Position numbers and translations under genes: made by a program
Part shown: one piece after another, positions 28,056-41,754 of the stretch
Layout: each line of letters opens with the position of its first letter
Position numbering within the stretch: the first letter of the stretch is position 1
Notes under the pieces: model-generated
Database searches by the model: none
What the model was told of the DNA's origin: nothing
Seen by the model: only the letters and a program-made list of their open reading frames with translations
DNA from: Paraspadella gotoi
Lineage: Eukaryota > Animalia > Chaetognatha
NCBI GenBank assembly: GCA_051294375.1
Contig: CM119268.1
Location: 4,921,878 to 4,985,877 of the forward strand
DNA length: 64,000 nt
Direction: 5' to 3'

Positions 28056-31000
28056 GCGTGGGTGGGTTCGGCCGAGTCGAACTCGTCCGCCTCAATCAAA
28101 ATCACAAACTCACCTTCGCGTTGAAGAGTTTGAAGAAACAACACGTGGTCGACACTCGCCAACAGGTGAGTCCGTTCCGGGGTTCCAACCACTGGTCTCA
28201 GGTTCGAACCCCGATAGTTTTGAAACCTTACATTCTGGGGTACATACATACATACATAAATACAGACAGCCTTACATTCTGGGTACTTTGCGTTTGTTCA
28301 ATAAAAAATTATTGGGTTAGATTTACGGAAGCTAAGTTAACGAACTTTTGCAAAAACTTATTTGACCATCATCTCGTAATAAAAAGATGATGACATTATT
28401 AGCAATCGCTTTAGGCCTTTGTTTTACGTTGGTTATTGATTCTTTACACAATGAATGATTTTATAAGGCTGAAAATGCAGAGACATTTTTTAAACAATCA
28501 ATTATTATGTTTATCATTACTCTCAAAAACGAGATAATAATGTCTGCGTATTTTTATCCTAACCAACTTATTCATTGAGCAAAAAGAGTCATTATTATTT
28601 AATTCAAATGCCATATCACGGCTGATATGACCCCCTTAGCCAAAATAAAACCTACCGTGAGCAGAATCCTTTCCTAACGCTCTCTTACTACTCCTCCTCC
28701 TCCTCCTCCTCCCTCACAGGAGCACGTGATCTGCGAGAAAGAGATTCTCCGAAAGATCAATTCTCCCTTCATCATCAGACTCTACAAGACATTCAAGGAC
28801 AACAAATACGTCTACATGCTCATGGAGGTTGGGGCCTTGCTGTTCTTCTTCCTCTTCTTGGTTGTCAATGGTTGTTGTCGAAATCTAATTGCAAATGAAA
28901 ACGAAATTCGAAAAATAATAACGTGATACATTGTGTGATACTACGGTAACGGTGGTGAAGGCCCGAGATTGTCCGAGACGCAGGGCATCTCACTGGTCGG
29001 CTTCGGGAGATTCAGACACTCGGAGGCTCTGGAGCGTTTATGAAATTGGAACAATCGACATAAAGATTATACATGTAGTCGGGCATTGCCTAGGTTCACC
29101 CCACCTATAAGCATGACACCTTCAGTCCTGACCCGATGGCTCATTGAGTAAAGCCATCAGCTCATGACCACTAGGTACCGGGTTCAATCCCAATCCGGTA
29201 CCTACCCTGCGGGAAGCGTGAAGACGGCCGTCAGCCGCCTTGGGGGCGTGGCAACCCCTCAAGCCTGGTTCCAAGCCCAGGACCTGTTCCATAGCTACTA
29301 AAGAGGGTTATAGCAGTTACGGATAGTCATCTTCAGCCCACTTAGCGCCTTATCCACATACATTCATTCAATAAATAATTTAACTTGGCCCTGACTTTGG
29401 ACCTTCTATGGTGGGTTAAGGTCTTCGTCTCTCTTACAAGATAATAACCCAACCCTGTTAGCACATTCAAATATTTTGCCAATTTTGTCGGGTTCGAACC
29501 AGGAACGAACCGTTGGAATACGTAAGACTATAAAAAATTTATTTATTTATTTATTTATTTATAAAAAAAACAAAATTTACTATTCGTTTTTAAAAAAACT
29601 TCAACTTCTCGAAAAAGAGAGAGAGAGAGAGAAAAAAATCTCATTTCTGGCTTCAGATTCGCGTTCTTCACTCACTTGCCACTTCCGCGTCGTCGTCGTC
29701 GTCGTCGTCGTCTTCCTCCATTTTCCTCCTTTTTTCCTTCCAGATGGCGTCGTCTGTCGAGAAAGCTTTAGCTTGTCGGCCTCCAGAGTTTTCCAGCTAA
29801 ATCAGCCATAAAACTCTCGACGAAAAAAAAACCGCCACAAAACATTCACTAAAAAAAAAAGATGCAGTAAAAGCTTTTCAAGAAATCAGCCATAGTTCGA
29901 GTTAAAGAACCCTGGGACCAGACGATTGTCTTTGCATGAAGCTGTTACTTCAATGTTACTTCAGTGATAATTCTGTGATGCTTCAGTGTTAGCTTTAGCG
30001 TTAGCTTTAAGGGCTGTCATTCACAACAAAAAAAAACCTTCAAATTCTTTCCATTTTTTTTCTTTCAAAATCATTTCATAATGAGCAATGAGCATGTCAT
30101 CAGAAAGTCGATGATATTGATGATATAATGATGATGATGATGATGTTAACGACGACGACGGCAACAACGACGATAATGACAATGATCAATGATGAAGTTA
30201 ATGATGAGGAGGATAATGATCGATGATTTATGATAATGAAAATAGCAAGAATCTCTTCCACTTTTCATTTGACACGATATTCACTGCCACCGGTCCCCCC
30301 TCTCTGCCCCCCCCCACCGCCTTTCACAGGTTTGTCTTGGCGGCGAGTTGTGGTCCATCCTTCGAGACAAAGGCCATTTCGACGAGCAGACGACGAGATT
30401 CTACGTGGGGTGTGTGATCGAAGCTTTGGCTTATCTTCATAAGAGGACGATCGTGTACAGAGATTTGAAGCCTGAAAACCTTCTCGTCGATTCTGAGGTA
30501 TTGAATATAATAATAATAATAATAATATTGATAATATGAATAATATTAGTAATAATAACAAAATTCGGTTGACTTAATATGAATTGACAAAAATTTAACA
30601 AGAATGACAAGTTTATTAATTCTCCTCGTCTTCGTCGTCGTCTTCATCGTCGTCTTCGTCGTCGTCATTCCCTTGTCGCTATTTACCTTGGCGTTTAAAA
30701 CTCGCTGCCCATCACTTTAAATGCTGCTTCTTAGGCCAGTTAAAAGCTGGTTTATTTATTTATTTGTTTATTTATTTATATGCTATTGTTATTGTGTATA
30801 CAAATAATAAGAACCCGCATAAGACCTGGGACTTAAGTTGTCGATCGCCATCTTTCGCCAACTCTGTCTCTGTCAAACGACGCTGACTGCGCCCACTTCC
30901 GGCCGCGTTGGCGTTGCAAGACTGACGCGATGATTTCACGAAAGCAGCGCCAACTTTCGGCCGTCTTGACATCGTCCTCCGCACCGACGAAAAAAAAAAA

Positions 31001-31939
31001 GAATTAAGATTTGTGACCTCAGTCTGACCTCCCGTTTATCACGCTGAGCCCAATGACCCCTTATGACCTTTTGAACCCCTGACTCTTTAGTCTGTGACCC
31101 CTTCTGACCTTTCGAAACCCTTGACTTTTTAGTCTCTAGTTTTTTCGCCCAAGTCAAACGAATATTTACGAGAAATAGTGAAATGTTCACATATGAGAAT
31201 TCGTGATTTCAGGCATACTTTAGCGCTCCATCTCTGCTTAAAGTTTAGCATTAATTTTGGTAAGAAATTAGGGTTTAGTATTAAATATTAAACGAGGATT
31301 GGTTTTGGCCGATATTTATTAAATTTTCATGAAATCTCGATGGTTTTACCACATCTTATTCAAAAGATTTCAACATATCACGGGATAATGATCGAAAGTG
31401 CCTCACACCCTCCTCCCCATCTATCAGGGCTACGTGAAACTCTGCGACTTTGGTTTCGCCAAGAAAGTCCCCAACGGAAGCAAGACCTACACCTTCTGCG
31501 GGACGCCAGAGTACGTCAGCCCCGAGATCATCCTCAATAAGGGACACGATCACGCGTCGGATTTTTGGTCACTTGGCATTTTGGTCTACGAACTGTTCAC
31601 TGGTGAGCGGAAGGGCCCCTTATTTTGAAAAATAAATAGAGTTAATTAAATAAAGTTAATTAAAGTTAATAACGTTAATTAAAGTTAATTAAAGAAATGT
31701 GAATTTAGAAAATGTTTCGGTTCGTTTCAGATTCTTTTTTCCCCTCGATTTCTTTCTTTTTTTACTTCTGTGTTTTTGTTGTTTTAATTTTTTTTCTTTT
31801 CTCTTTTTTTGTTTTTCTTTCTTTTTTGTTTTAAATTTTTTCTTCTGCTTTTTCTCCTCTCTGTGCCAATTGAGAAACCTCGTCTTATCACGTCATGAAT
31901 CAGGGTCATGGGGCAGACGATGGCAATTCTCATTCTCTT

Positions 31940-32024
<85 letters not shown>

Positions 32025-32125
32025 ATCTTTATACACGTACGTACACGTATGTACAGTACAGTACGTATTGTACACGTATCATCGCGGCAGAGTTTCATCA
32101 TGTCTTGTCTTGGTTTATGTAATCT

Positions 32126-32222
<97 letters not shown>

Positions 32223-33112
32223 ATTACTAGGTATCATTTTTAGCTGCTACTACCATTTGTTATCAGGCGCGCCCCCGTTTTTCCGGCCAAAACCCGATGA
32301 AGACTTACAACTTGATCTTGAAAGGAATCGATCACATCAGTTTCAGCCGATCATCCCGAGATCGCGCAGAATCTCATCAAGAGACTCTGCAGGACGAACC
32401 CGTCGGAGAGAATCGGTGAGAAGAGAGTGGGGGGCGTGGCGGGGGTGGGGAAGAGGATGAGGCGTTGGTTTTGGGTGGGGTGTGGAAGGAATGACTGGGA
32501 GGAAAAATTCATTTCGTGATTGCGAAAGATTTTTTTTTTTTGGAAAGAAATAAAGTAAAGAAAGAAATAAACAAACAAAGAAGCAAAAGAATTAATAATC
32601 AAAACAAATAACAATCAAATTAAAAATAAATAAATAAAAGAATAAATGCACAAATTAAAAAATAACAAACAATCTAGTAAACAAAAAAATAACAAACAAA
32701 CGAATAAACAATAAAATAAACAAACAAACAAAATATTAAAATAATAAATAAACAAAAATATAAAAATTTAAAAAAAAACACAAAACGGCACAAATCAACA
32801 AAATTAAAAAAATTCATTCACTCAAGGTGTTACTTAGAATGCTTGAAAAAGGAGGGCAATATTTTGATATAGTTACGGAAACCAAGTGAGTCTTGATGAA
32901 AAGCTTGCAGTGTCTTGTCAGAGGGTTGGAAGCCTAAACACCTCATAATTTGTTGTTCACGAAGAGGAAAGCTGATTTACTAAAAAGAATGGATTATTTA
33001 TATATCGGTTTTCACTTGCAAAGATATTATTAAATTTTTTTTTTTTTTTTTTAACAGGAAACGCGAAAGATGGAATACTGGACATCAAAAGGCATAAGTG
33101 GTATCAGGTAAG

Positions 33113-33184
<72 letters not shown>

Positions 33185-33370
33185 TCCACTAACACTCCAC
33201 CCTTTCCCCACCCCCAGGGCTTCGACTGGACAGGCCTTACCACCCGCAACATCTCCCCCCCGTTCGTGCCAAATATCAAAGGGCCCGGGGATCACAACAA
33301 CTTCGATTCATATCCCAAAGACAACGAGATTCCTCCCGACGAACTCAGCGGCTGGGACGCCAACTTTTAA
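28056..33370 (+). CDS. PRKG2: cGMP-dependent protein kinase catalytic domain and AGC C-tail (7 exons)
   Basis: Exons 28056-28165 ([10 protein letters not shown]...FALK), 28720-28827, 30330-30497 ([12 protein letters not shown]...YRDLKPEN), 31428-31602 (DFGFAKK...FCGTPEY), 32267-32415 (about 3 single-base indels, probably sequencing error), 33058-33107, 33218-33370 (GFDW...[12 protein letters not shown]). Confidence 0.95.
29075..29360 (+). mobile_element. tRNA-derived SINE-like element with a twister-like motif; presence/absence insertion in a PKG intron
   Basis: Absent from the inverted copy (empty site at ~24520-24540). Flanked by ATACAT at 29069-74 and 29358-63. A-box-like TGGCTCATTGAG 29137-48; B-box GGTTCAATCCC 29181-91. 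Confidence 0.75.
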
Positions 33371-33568
33371 AGATCAATTCAAAAAATCCCGCGCGAATCG
33401 AAGAGACTAAAAAAATAGAAAAAGAAAAAAGAAAGAAGATTTTTAAAATTCGTCGTACTTGTAGTGTGATTATTTCTTCTTTTTTTTTAAATTTTTGTCA
33501 TTACTACCCTTCTTCGTTTTTTTCGGAGAAACCTAAAATTGTTTTTTTTGCGAGTGAGAAAGAGAGTA

Positions 33569-33655
<87 letters not shown>

Positions 33656-33899
33656 CGGAGGGGCTGGGGAGAGATAAGTGGTGCACTAGAATTGAAATGA
33701 TATGAAATAAGTATCACAATTCTCTATTTATCTCGCAAAATTAGGTTTCTTCGAATTTTTATAAGTGTTTTTTATTTGTTTTTTTTTTCTTGTTAGTAAA
33801 AAGTCACCAAACCCAAAAATCGTCTTTTTTTTATGTTTTAATCTTTACTTATTCTCATCGACTTTCTCACCGCCAGTCGTAACCAATTTTTTGTGCTTT

Positions 33900-33939
<40 letters not shown>

Positions 33940-35449
33940 ATCTCTGTATCTCTCGTTATTTTTTTTTACTCTTCCTCTCTCTTTCTCTCTCTCTCCCTCC
34001 CTCTCTCTCTCTCTTTCACACTCTCTCCGCCAGTGATCCTCCCCGCCCTATTTTTTCCGTTTAAATTCTTTAAACATTTCAAATTATGGACCCCTTTGGT
34101 ATGAATATTCTCTCTCTCTCTCAACTATAACAAACACCGTCGTTGAAAATCCTTTGTTTTAAATTGCCGAATATCCCCCTCCTCCTCATTCCACCGAATC
34201 CCCCTCTCCCATCTCTTGACATCATCGCTCGATTAAAAACAAAACAAAAACAAACAATTGCATTTGTTTACATTTAAGAAATCGAGCTTAGCCTTAGAGA
34301 GTGAAGAAAAGACGTATTAGTTACTCAAGTATCACAGAAATTAAAGAGAGAAATGGAGGGAAAGCTGCACTTTTTTAGCATTAGATAATAATTATAAAAA
34401 CAATACGCCGAATAAAAATTAGTAAAAACGATTTCATATGCTGTTACCGAATTTAAACCCCAACATACATAGCATAGGATATTTTTGCCTAAAATGAGCA
34501 AAAACTTAACCTGATCGCTTTTAACCTATTACTTAATGATTTAAATTACTAATAATCATTTATCGTCTCAGGTAAATCAACTCCGAAACCTCAATATTAA
34601 GAAAAAGATTAAGATTCCGTTCACGAATACTGTAAACGCGGATGCAGAGAAGCTGCGACAGTGACGGCTGCCGCTGCTGGAACAAATCTTTGCAAAACTC
34701 GCAGTACCTTCGTTTTAGATTCTTTATGTCCGTATCACAGGATCAGTCAAGTATTCTAATCCAATTACTGGACCTGTTTTCTTCAAACTGAACACTAAAC
34801 ACTAAATAAAAAGCGAGAGATCCTCGCTCGCTAATTTTCCCAAACTCCGGTTCAATTTCAAACTGGCGACTGTGTCAGCTGTTGAGGTTTTTGGTCTTAA
34901 AAAGATCAAATGATCTTTGATCCTCTCGCGATATCTCTTTTCATTTAGACCAGACAAAACACAGCCGGAAATCAGCTGGCGTCAGTAAAAACACTTGTTG
35001 AGACGAACCCGTAGTGCTGTACTAAATAGTAAATACCTAATTGTAACGGGGGATTCGTCAATATCAAATCTTGATATGATTTGCTCATAACTGGTAAAAT
35101 ACACAACGCATTAAAATTTAAGTTAAAAACTAAAAACAGCATAGTATACATTTAAATTTTTTTAAATTTGCAAACTTACTTACAAAAATATATATATACA
35201 TTGGAACTTCAAAGTCTTAGGACCTAAGATACACTAGACAATTTACACATATTAACAATCTTAGAAAAAAGATTATTAATATCACGAGACATTGTTGAAA
35301 CAACCTACCGTATTATAACTCAATATAACTCTAGAAAAAACATACCTAACTCTACTTACTAACTCGATTCTACTTTAGGTTTAAGCAAAAACTTAAAAAA
35401 AAAAAATTTAATCAAAACATAAAACCTAAAAAAAAACTAAATCCAAAAA

Positions 35450-35960
35450 ATGGCGACTTCCGGCCGCAAGCGAGTGGGCGTGGTCGGCGCGGGCGTTTCC
35501 GGACTTGCAGCCTTGAAGCAATGTCTAGACGCCGGGCTGGAACCGACGGCCTTCGAGCGACACTCCCGCCTCGGCGGCATTTGGGCATTCGACGAGACAC
35601 TCCGGGATGGACAAGGCTCCGCTCTTTACGAGGCCGTCGTAACCAACACCTCCAAGGAGATCTCGTGCTTTTCCGGTGAGTCGAGAATGTTTACTCTTTT
35701 ATCTTTATTTTATTAACTCTGATTTTGGTTATACCATATAAGTTATGGTGTATGTTGATAAAATTTCGTAAATTCCACGCTTTTCTTTTGTATCATTTCA
35801 GTCAAATAATTCAGACTGATTCTCTATTTATCGTCGTTTATTTATCATCTAAAAACATAAGAGAGTGGTTATTTGAATACAATTTAAAAGCCTGAAAAGG
35901 TTAATAAAAACATTTTACGACTTTACGAAAAGGGAAGCTAAGTACAGTTAATAAACTGGA

Positions 35961-36049
<89 letters not shown>

Positions 36050-37018
36050 TCGATTGAAAGCATTCAGGGTCCTGCTACAACCCTCCATAGCCTGTTATTT
36101 ACCGACTTAACAATTTTTACATTGGTTGATCAAATTTAAATACGTAATAATATATAAATATATTATAACAAGTTGGTTTCCCCCCCCCCCGCGCCCTTCC
36201 TTCCGTCGACTTCGTCCTTACCCAAAACAATCTTAAGACTTTCCCTACCACCTCAAAGACCCGCCTTACTTACCTCATCGTAAAGTCCTTAGCTATTACC
36301 AAAGATTCGCCCAACACCACAAGCTCGTTGATCGCATCCGCTTCGGCACGAGCGTCGTCCGAATAGAGAGGGCGCCACGGGACGGTGAGAGGGCGCCGGG
36401 GGACGGGAAGACGGCGTCGTCCACCGTCGACGATTCCGGCTGGAAGATAAAGACGAAAACGACCGACGAAAATGGGGAAACGAAAGAAGAAGAACATATT
36501 TTCGATTTCGTTCTTTTGTGCAGCGGAGTTTATTCGAAACCTTTTGTGCCGGGTGAGTTATTTGTTAAGATTTATTAGATAATTTTGAATGGTTGATGGA
36601 GTCATTTTGAATCGTTCGATTTGTTAATTCTTGAATTGTAGGATTTATTTTAAAATTTCAGTTTTCGTGATGTATCTTTTGATTCATCTATTGATTAATC
36701 TATTGATTAATCTATTTATTGATTAAATGATTATTTGATATATCATCGACGGTAAATCGTTGCTTGATTTCTGTTCTCTTTTTTTATTTCCAATAACGCC
36801 CAGATATCCCCGGCCTCTCTTCCTTCGCGGCCGCGTCATCCACTCGAACGAGTTCCGGCGCGCCGCCGATTTTTCCGGCGCCGATGTCGTCGTCGTCATC
36901 GGCGCGTCTCACTCGGCCGGCGACGTCGCCGTCGAGGCTTCGCGAGTCGTTGATCAAGTTTGGTTGAGCGCGAGGAATGGGACTTGGATAATACCCAGGG
37001 CGGTGGGTAAAATGGGGA

Positions 37019-37107
<89 letters not shown>

Positions 37108-38034
37108 CATCGATGCTATATAACCCGGACATACGATATCTCTCTCTCCAACGCTACGTCGCAGGGTCCCGGCGGGCGTTCCTGTCGACTTCTCTCGCCC
37201 TGACGCGCTTCAATCAACTCTGGGTTCCAGAGTCTGTCCGCTCCTTCATCGGCGGGCGCAACCCTCGACGGAGGATCGGGCACGAGCGGTTTGGGCGAAA
37301 TCGACCCGACCCCTCCTGCAGGGCAGCACCATGGTCAACGACGAGATTGCTGGCGAGGATCCTGGCCGGAGAGGTGAGAAGCCGGCGAGGTGGGATGTGG
37401 AGGATAGAAACTGGGGACTGAGTAATTTTAAGATCTGAGGAAAGCCAGAAAGATTTAAGGTGCGACTGGGTGATGGCGCTAAACGAGACAGACTGACAGA
37501 AGGACGGATTGAAATATCTGTTTCTGCCTTACTGTCATGCGGGTCAGTAGAAATATAGGTTACGATTTAGCGCGACAATGTGACAATAAGGTTAGGGTGA
37601 ATAACTAGTATAAAAAATCAGAAGAAATAGGAACCGGTAAGTGACTACATTTATTTGATATTTGAAACATTGTGTTTTTTTCCTTTCTGTTTCGTGAAGA
37701 GACCGTATGTGAGTCTGAAACATGTCCGTTTCACTATGAAATAAAAATCGTTGTTAAATCTTCTTCATAGCTTTGTATTTGAAACATATTAAATGCGGGC
37801 AAAAATCAAACTTTTAATGTTTAAAAAATAAATTCCGAGCTAACCTTACGTTAGGACTAAAATGCTTAGACGAATTCAAATAAAAGTTTTAAATATACAG
37901 TAAAGTTATAAAACTTTTATTAACTGACAGATAAAAGCCTAAGCCCAGACGTCAAACGTTTCACTCAAAATGGAATCGAATTCGTTGATGGAACGAAAGT
38001 AGAAAATGTCGACGTCGTCGTCTTCGCTACCGTG
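35450..38034 (+). pseudogene. FMO: Partial duplicate of FMO (exons 1-5) with frameshifts, truncated at a 25-N gap; probably an assembly duplicate
   Basis: Exons 35450-35675 and 36238-36552 match 41193-41418 and 41942-42256; later exons carry 1-bp indels. Block 32485-38279 mirrors 38305-~43967. Confidence 0.7.
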
Positions 38035-38878
38035 GTAAGTCTCCGATACAGTCTGGACAACAGGTGTGAGTACGAGCGATTTTAAATACGGAAATTTAAC
38101 ATACGTGATTTTTATGCGCAGTTTCTATTTTTAAATGAAAATTATTGCCATAAATAATTACAACAATATAATTTCACAATTACTAATAAGTTTTATACAA
38201 GTTTATAATCTCGCTTGCGGTAGTTACATGACCTGAAAGCAATCATAACTTGACTTTTATTCTTGCAAAATAAAAAAAANNNNNNNNNNNNNNNNNNNNN
38301 NNNNGAAGGAATGACTGGGAGGAAAAATTCATTTCGTGATTGCGAAAGATTTTTTTTTTTGGAAAGAAATAAAGTAAAGAAAGAAATAAACAAACAAAGA
38401 AGCAAAAGAATTAATAATCAAACAAATAACAATCAAATTAAAAAATAAATAAATAAAAGAATAAATGCACAAATTAAAAAATAACAAACAATCTAGTAAA
38501 CAAAAAAATAACAAACAAACGAATAAACAATAAAATAAACAAACAAACAAAATATTAAAATAATAAATAAACAAAAATATAAAAATTTAAAAAAAAACAC
38601 AAAACGGCACAAATCAAACAAAATTAAAAAAATTCATTCAACTCAAGGTGTTACTTAGAATGCTTGAAAAAGGAGGCAATATTTTGATATAGTTACGGAA
38701 ACCAAGTGAGTCTTGATGAAAAGCTTGCAGTGTCTTGTCAGAGGGTTGGAAGCCTAAACACCTCATAATTTGTTGTTCACGAAGAGAGAAAGCTGATTTA
38801 CTAAAAAGAATGGATTATTTATATATCGGTTTTCACTTGCAAAGATATTATTAAATTTTTTTTTTTTTTTTTTAACAG

Positions 38879-38933
38879 GAAACGCGAAAGATGGAATACT
38901 GGACATCAAAAGGCATAAGTGGTATCAGGTAAG

Positions 38934-39005
<72 letters not shown>

Positions 39006-39191
39006 TCCACTAACACTCCACCCTTTCCCCACCCCCAGGGCTTCGACTGGACAGGCCTTACCACCCGCAACATCTCCCCCCCGTTCGTGCCAAATATCAA
39101 AGGCCCCGGGGATCACAACAACTTCGATTCATATCCCAAAGACAACGAGATTCCTCCCGACGAACTCAGCGGCTGGGACGCCAACTTTTAA
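38879..39191 (+). other. Duplicate of the last two PKG exons
   Basis: 38879-38928 and 39039-39191 repeat 33058-33107 and 33218-33370, just after the 25-N gap at 38280-38304. Confidence 0.85.
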
Positions 39192-41192
39192 AGATTCAAT
39201 TCAAAAAATCCCGCGCGAATCGAAGAGACTAAAAAAATAGAAAAGAAAAAAGAAAGAAGATTTTTAAAAATTCGTCGTACTTGTAGTGTGATTATTTCTT
39301 CTTTTTTTTTAAATTTTTGTCATTACTACCCTTCTTCGTTATTTCAGAAGAGTAAAACCTAAAATTGTTTTTTTTGCAGAGTGAGAAGAGAGTAAGAGAG
39401 AGAGAAGGGAAGAGAGAGAGAGAGAGAGAGAGAGAAGAGAAGAAAGGAGAGAGAGAGAGAGAGAAGGAGACGAGACCGAGAGGGGACTGCGGGGAGAATA
39501 AGTTGCACTAGAATTTGAAATGTATGAGAATAAGTATCACAATTCTTATATTATCTCGCAAAATTAGGTTTCTTTCGAATTTTATAAGTTTTTTATTGTT
39601 TTTTTTTCTTGTTAGTAAAAAGTCACCAAACCCAAAAAATCGTTGTTTTTTAATTTTAATCTTTACTTTTCTCATCTTATTAATAACATACCGACATCGT
39701 AACAAATTTGTTTAGATGCATATTGCGCTCTTCTTCTCTCTCTCTCCCTCCCTCTCTCTCTCTCTTTCACACTCTCTCCGCCAGTGATCCTCCCCGCCCT
39801 ATTTTTTTCCGTTTAAATTCTTTAAACATTTCAAATTATGGACCCCTTTGGTATGAATATTCTCTCTCTCTCTCAACTATAACAAACACCGTCGTTGAAA
39901 ATCCTTTGTTTTAAATTGCCGAATTCCCCCTCCTCCTCATTCCACCGAATCCCCCTCTCCCATCTCTTGACATCATCGCTCGATTAAAAAACAAAACAAA
40001 AACAAACAATTGCATTTGTTTACATTTAAGAAATCGAGCTTAGCCTTAGGGTGAAGAAGACGTATTAGTTACTCAAGTATCACAGAAATTAAAGAGAGAA
40101 ATGGAGGGAAAGCTGACTTTTTAGCATTAGATAATAATTATAAAAACAATACCCGAATAAAAATTAGTAAAAACGATTTCATAGCTGTACCGAATTTAAA
40201 CCCCAACATACATAGCATAGGATATTTTTGCCTAAAATGAGCAAAAAACTTAACCTGATCGCTTTTAACCTATTACTTAATGATTTAAATTACTAATAAT
40301 CATTTATCGTCTCAGGTAAATCAACTCCGAAACCTCAATATTAAGAAAAAGATTAAGATTCCGTTCACGAATACTGTAAACGCGGATGCAGAGAAGCTGC
40401 GACAGAGACGCTGCCGCTGCTGGAACAAAGTCTTTGCAAAACTCGCAGTCACCCGTTTTAGATTCTTTATGTCCGTATCACAGGATCAGTCAAGTATTCT
40501 AATCCAATTACTGGACCTGTTTTCTTCAAACTGAACACTAAACACTAAATAAAAAGCGAGAGATCCTCGCTCGCTTAATTTTCCCAAAACTCCGGTTCAA
40601 TTTCAAACTGGCGACTGTGTCAGCTGTTGAGGTTTTTGGTCTTAAAAAGATCAAATGATCTTTGATCCTCTCGCGATATCTCTTTTCATTTAGACCAGAC
40701 AAAACACAGCCGGAATCAGCTGGCGTCAGTAAAAACACTTGTTGAGACGAACCCGTAGTGCTGTACTAAATAGTAAATACCTAATTGTAACGGGGGATTC
40801 GTCAATATCAAATCTTGATATGATTTGCTCATAACTGGTAAAATACACAACGCATTAAAATTTAAGTTAAAAACTAAAAACAGCATAGTATACATTTAAA
40901 TTTTTTTAAATTTGCAAACTTACTTACAAAATATATATATACATGGAACTTCAAAGTCTTAGGACCTAAGATACACTAGACAATTTACACATATTTAACA
41001 ATCTTAGAAAAAAAGATTATTAATATCACGAGACATTTTGAAACAACCTACCGTATTATAACTCAATTATAACTCTAGAAAAAACATACCTAACTCTACT
41101 TACTAACTCGATTCTACTTTAGGTTTAAGCAAAAACTTAAAAAAAAAAATTTAATCAAAACATAAAACCTAAAAAAAAACTAAATCCAAAAA

Positions 41193-41705
41193 ATGGCGAC
41201 TTCCGGCCGCAAGCGAGTGGGCGTGGTCGGCGCGGGCGTTTCCGGACTTGCAGCCTTGAAGCAATGTCTAGACGCCGGGCTGGAACCGACGGCCTTCGAG
41301 CGACACTCCCGCCTCGGCGGCATTTGGGCATTCGACGAGACACTCCGGGATGGACAAGGCTCCGCTCTTTACGAGGCCGTCGTAACCAACACCTCCAAGG
41401 AGATCTCGTGCTTTTCCGGTGAGTCGAGAATGTTTACTCTTTTAATCTTTATTTTATTAACTCTGATTTTGGTATACCATATAAGTTATGGTGTATGTTG
41501 ATAAAATTTCGTAAAATTCCACGCTTTTCTTTTGTATCATTTCAGTCAAATAATTCAGACTGATTCTCTATTTATCGTCGTTTATTTATCATCTAAAAAC
41601 ATAAGAGAGTGGTTATTTTGAATACAATTTAAAAGCCTGAAAAGGTTAATAAAAACATTTTACGACTTTACGAAAAGGGAAGCTAAGTACAGTTAATAAA
41701 CTGGA

Positions 41706-41754
<49 letters not shown>

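Noticed and set aside
29128-29205. Functional tRNA gene
   Set aside because: A/B-like boxes are present but there is no proper acceptor/anticodon cloverleaf, and it lies within a polymorphic insertion. The same lack of a cloverleaf applies to 19772-19839 and 51055-51128.
35450-38034. Tandem FMO gene-family expansion
   Set aside because: Part of a 5.8-kb block repeated across a 25-N gap, with near-identical introns.
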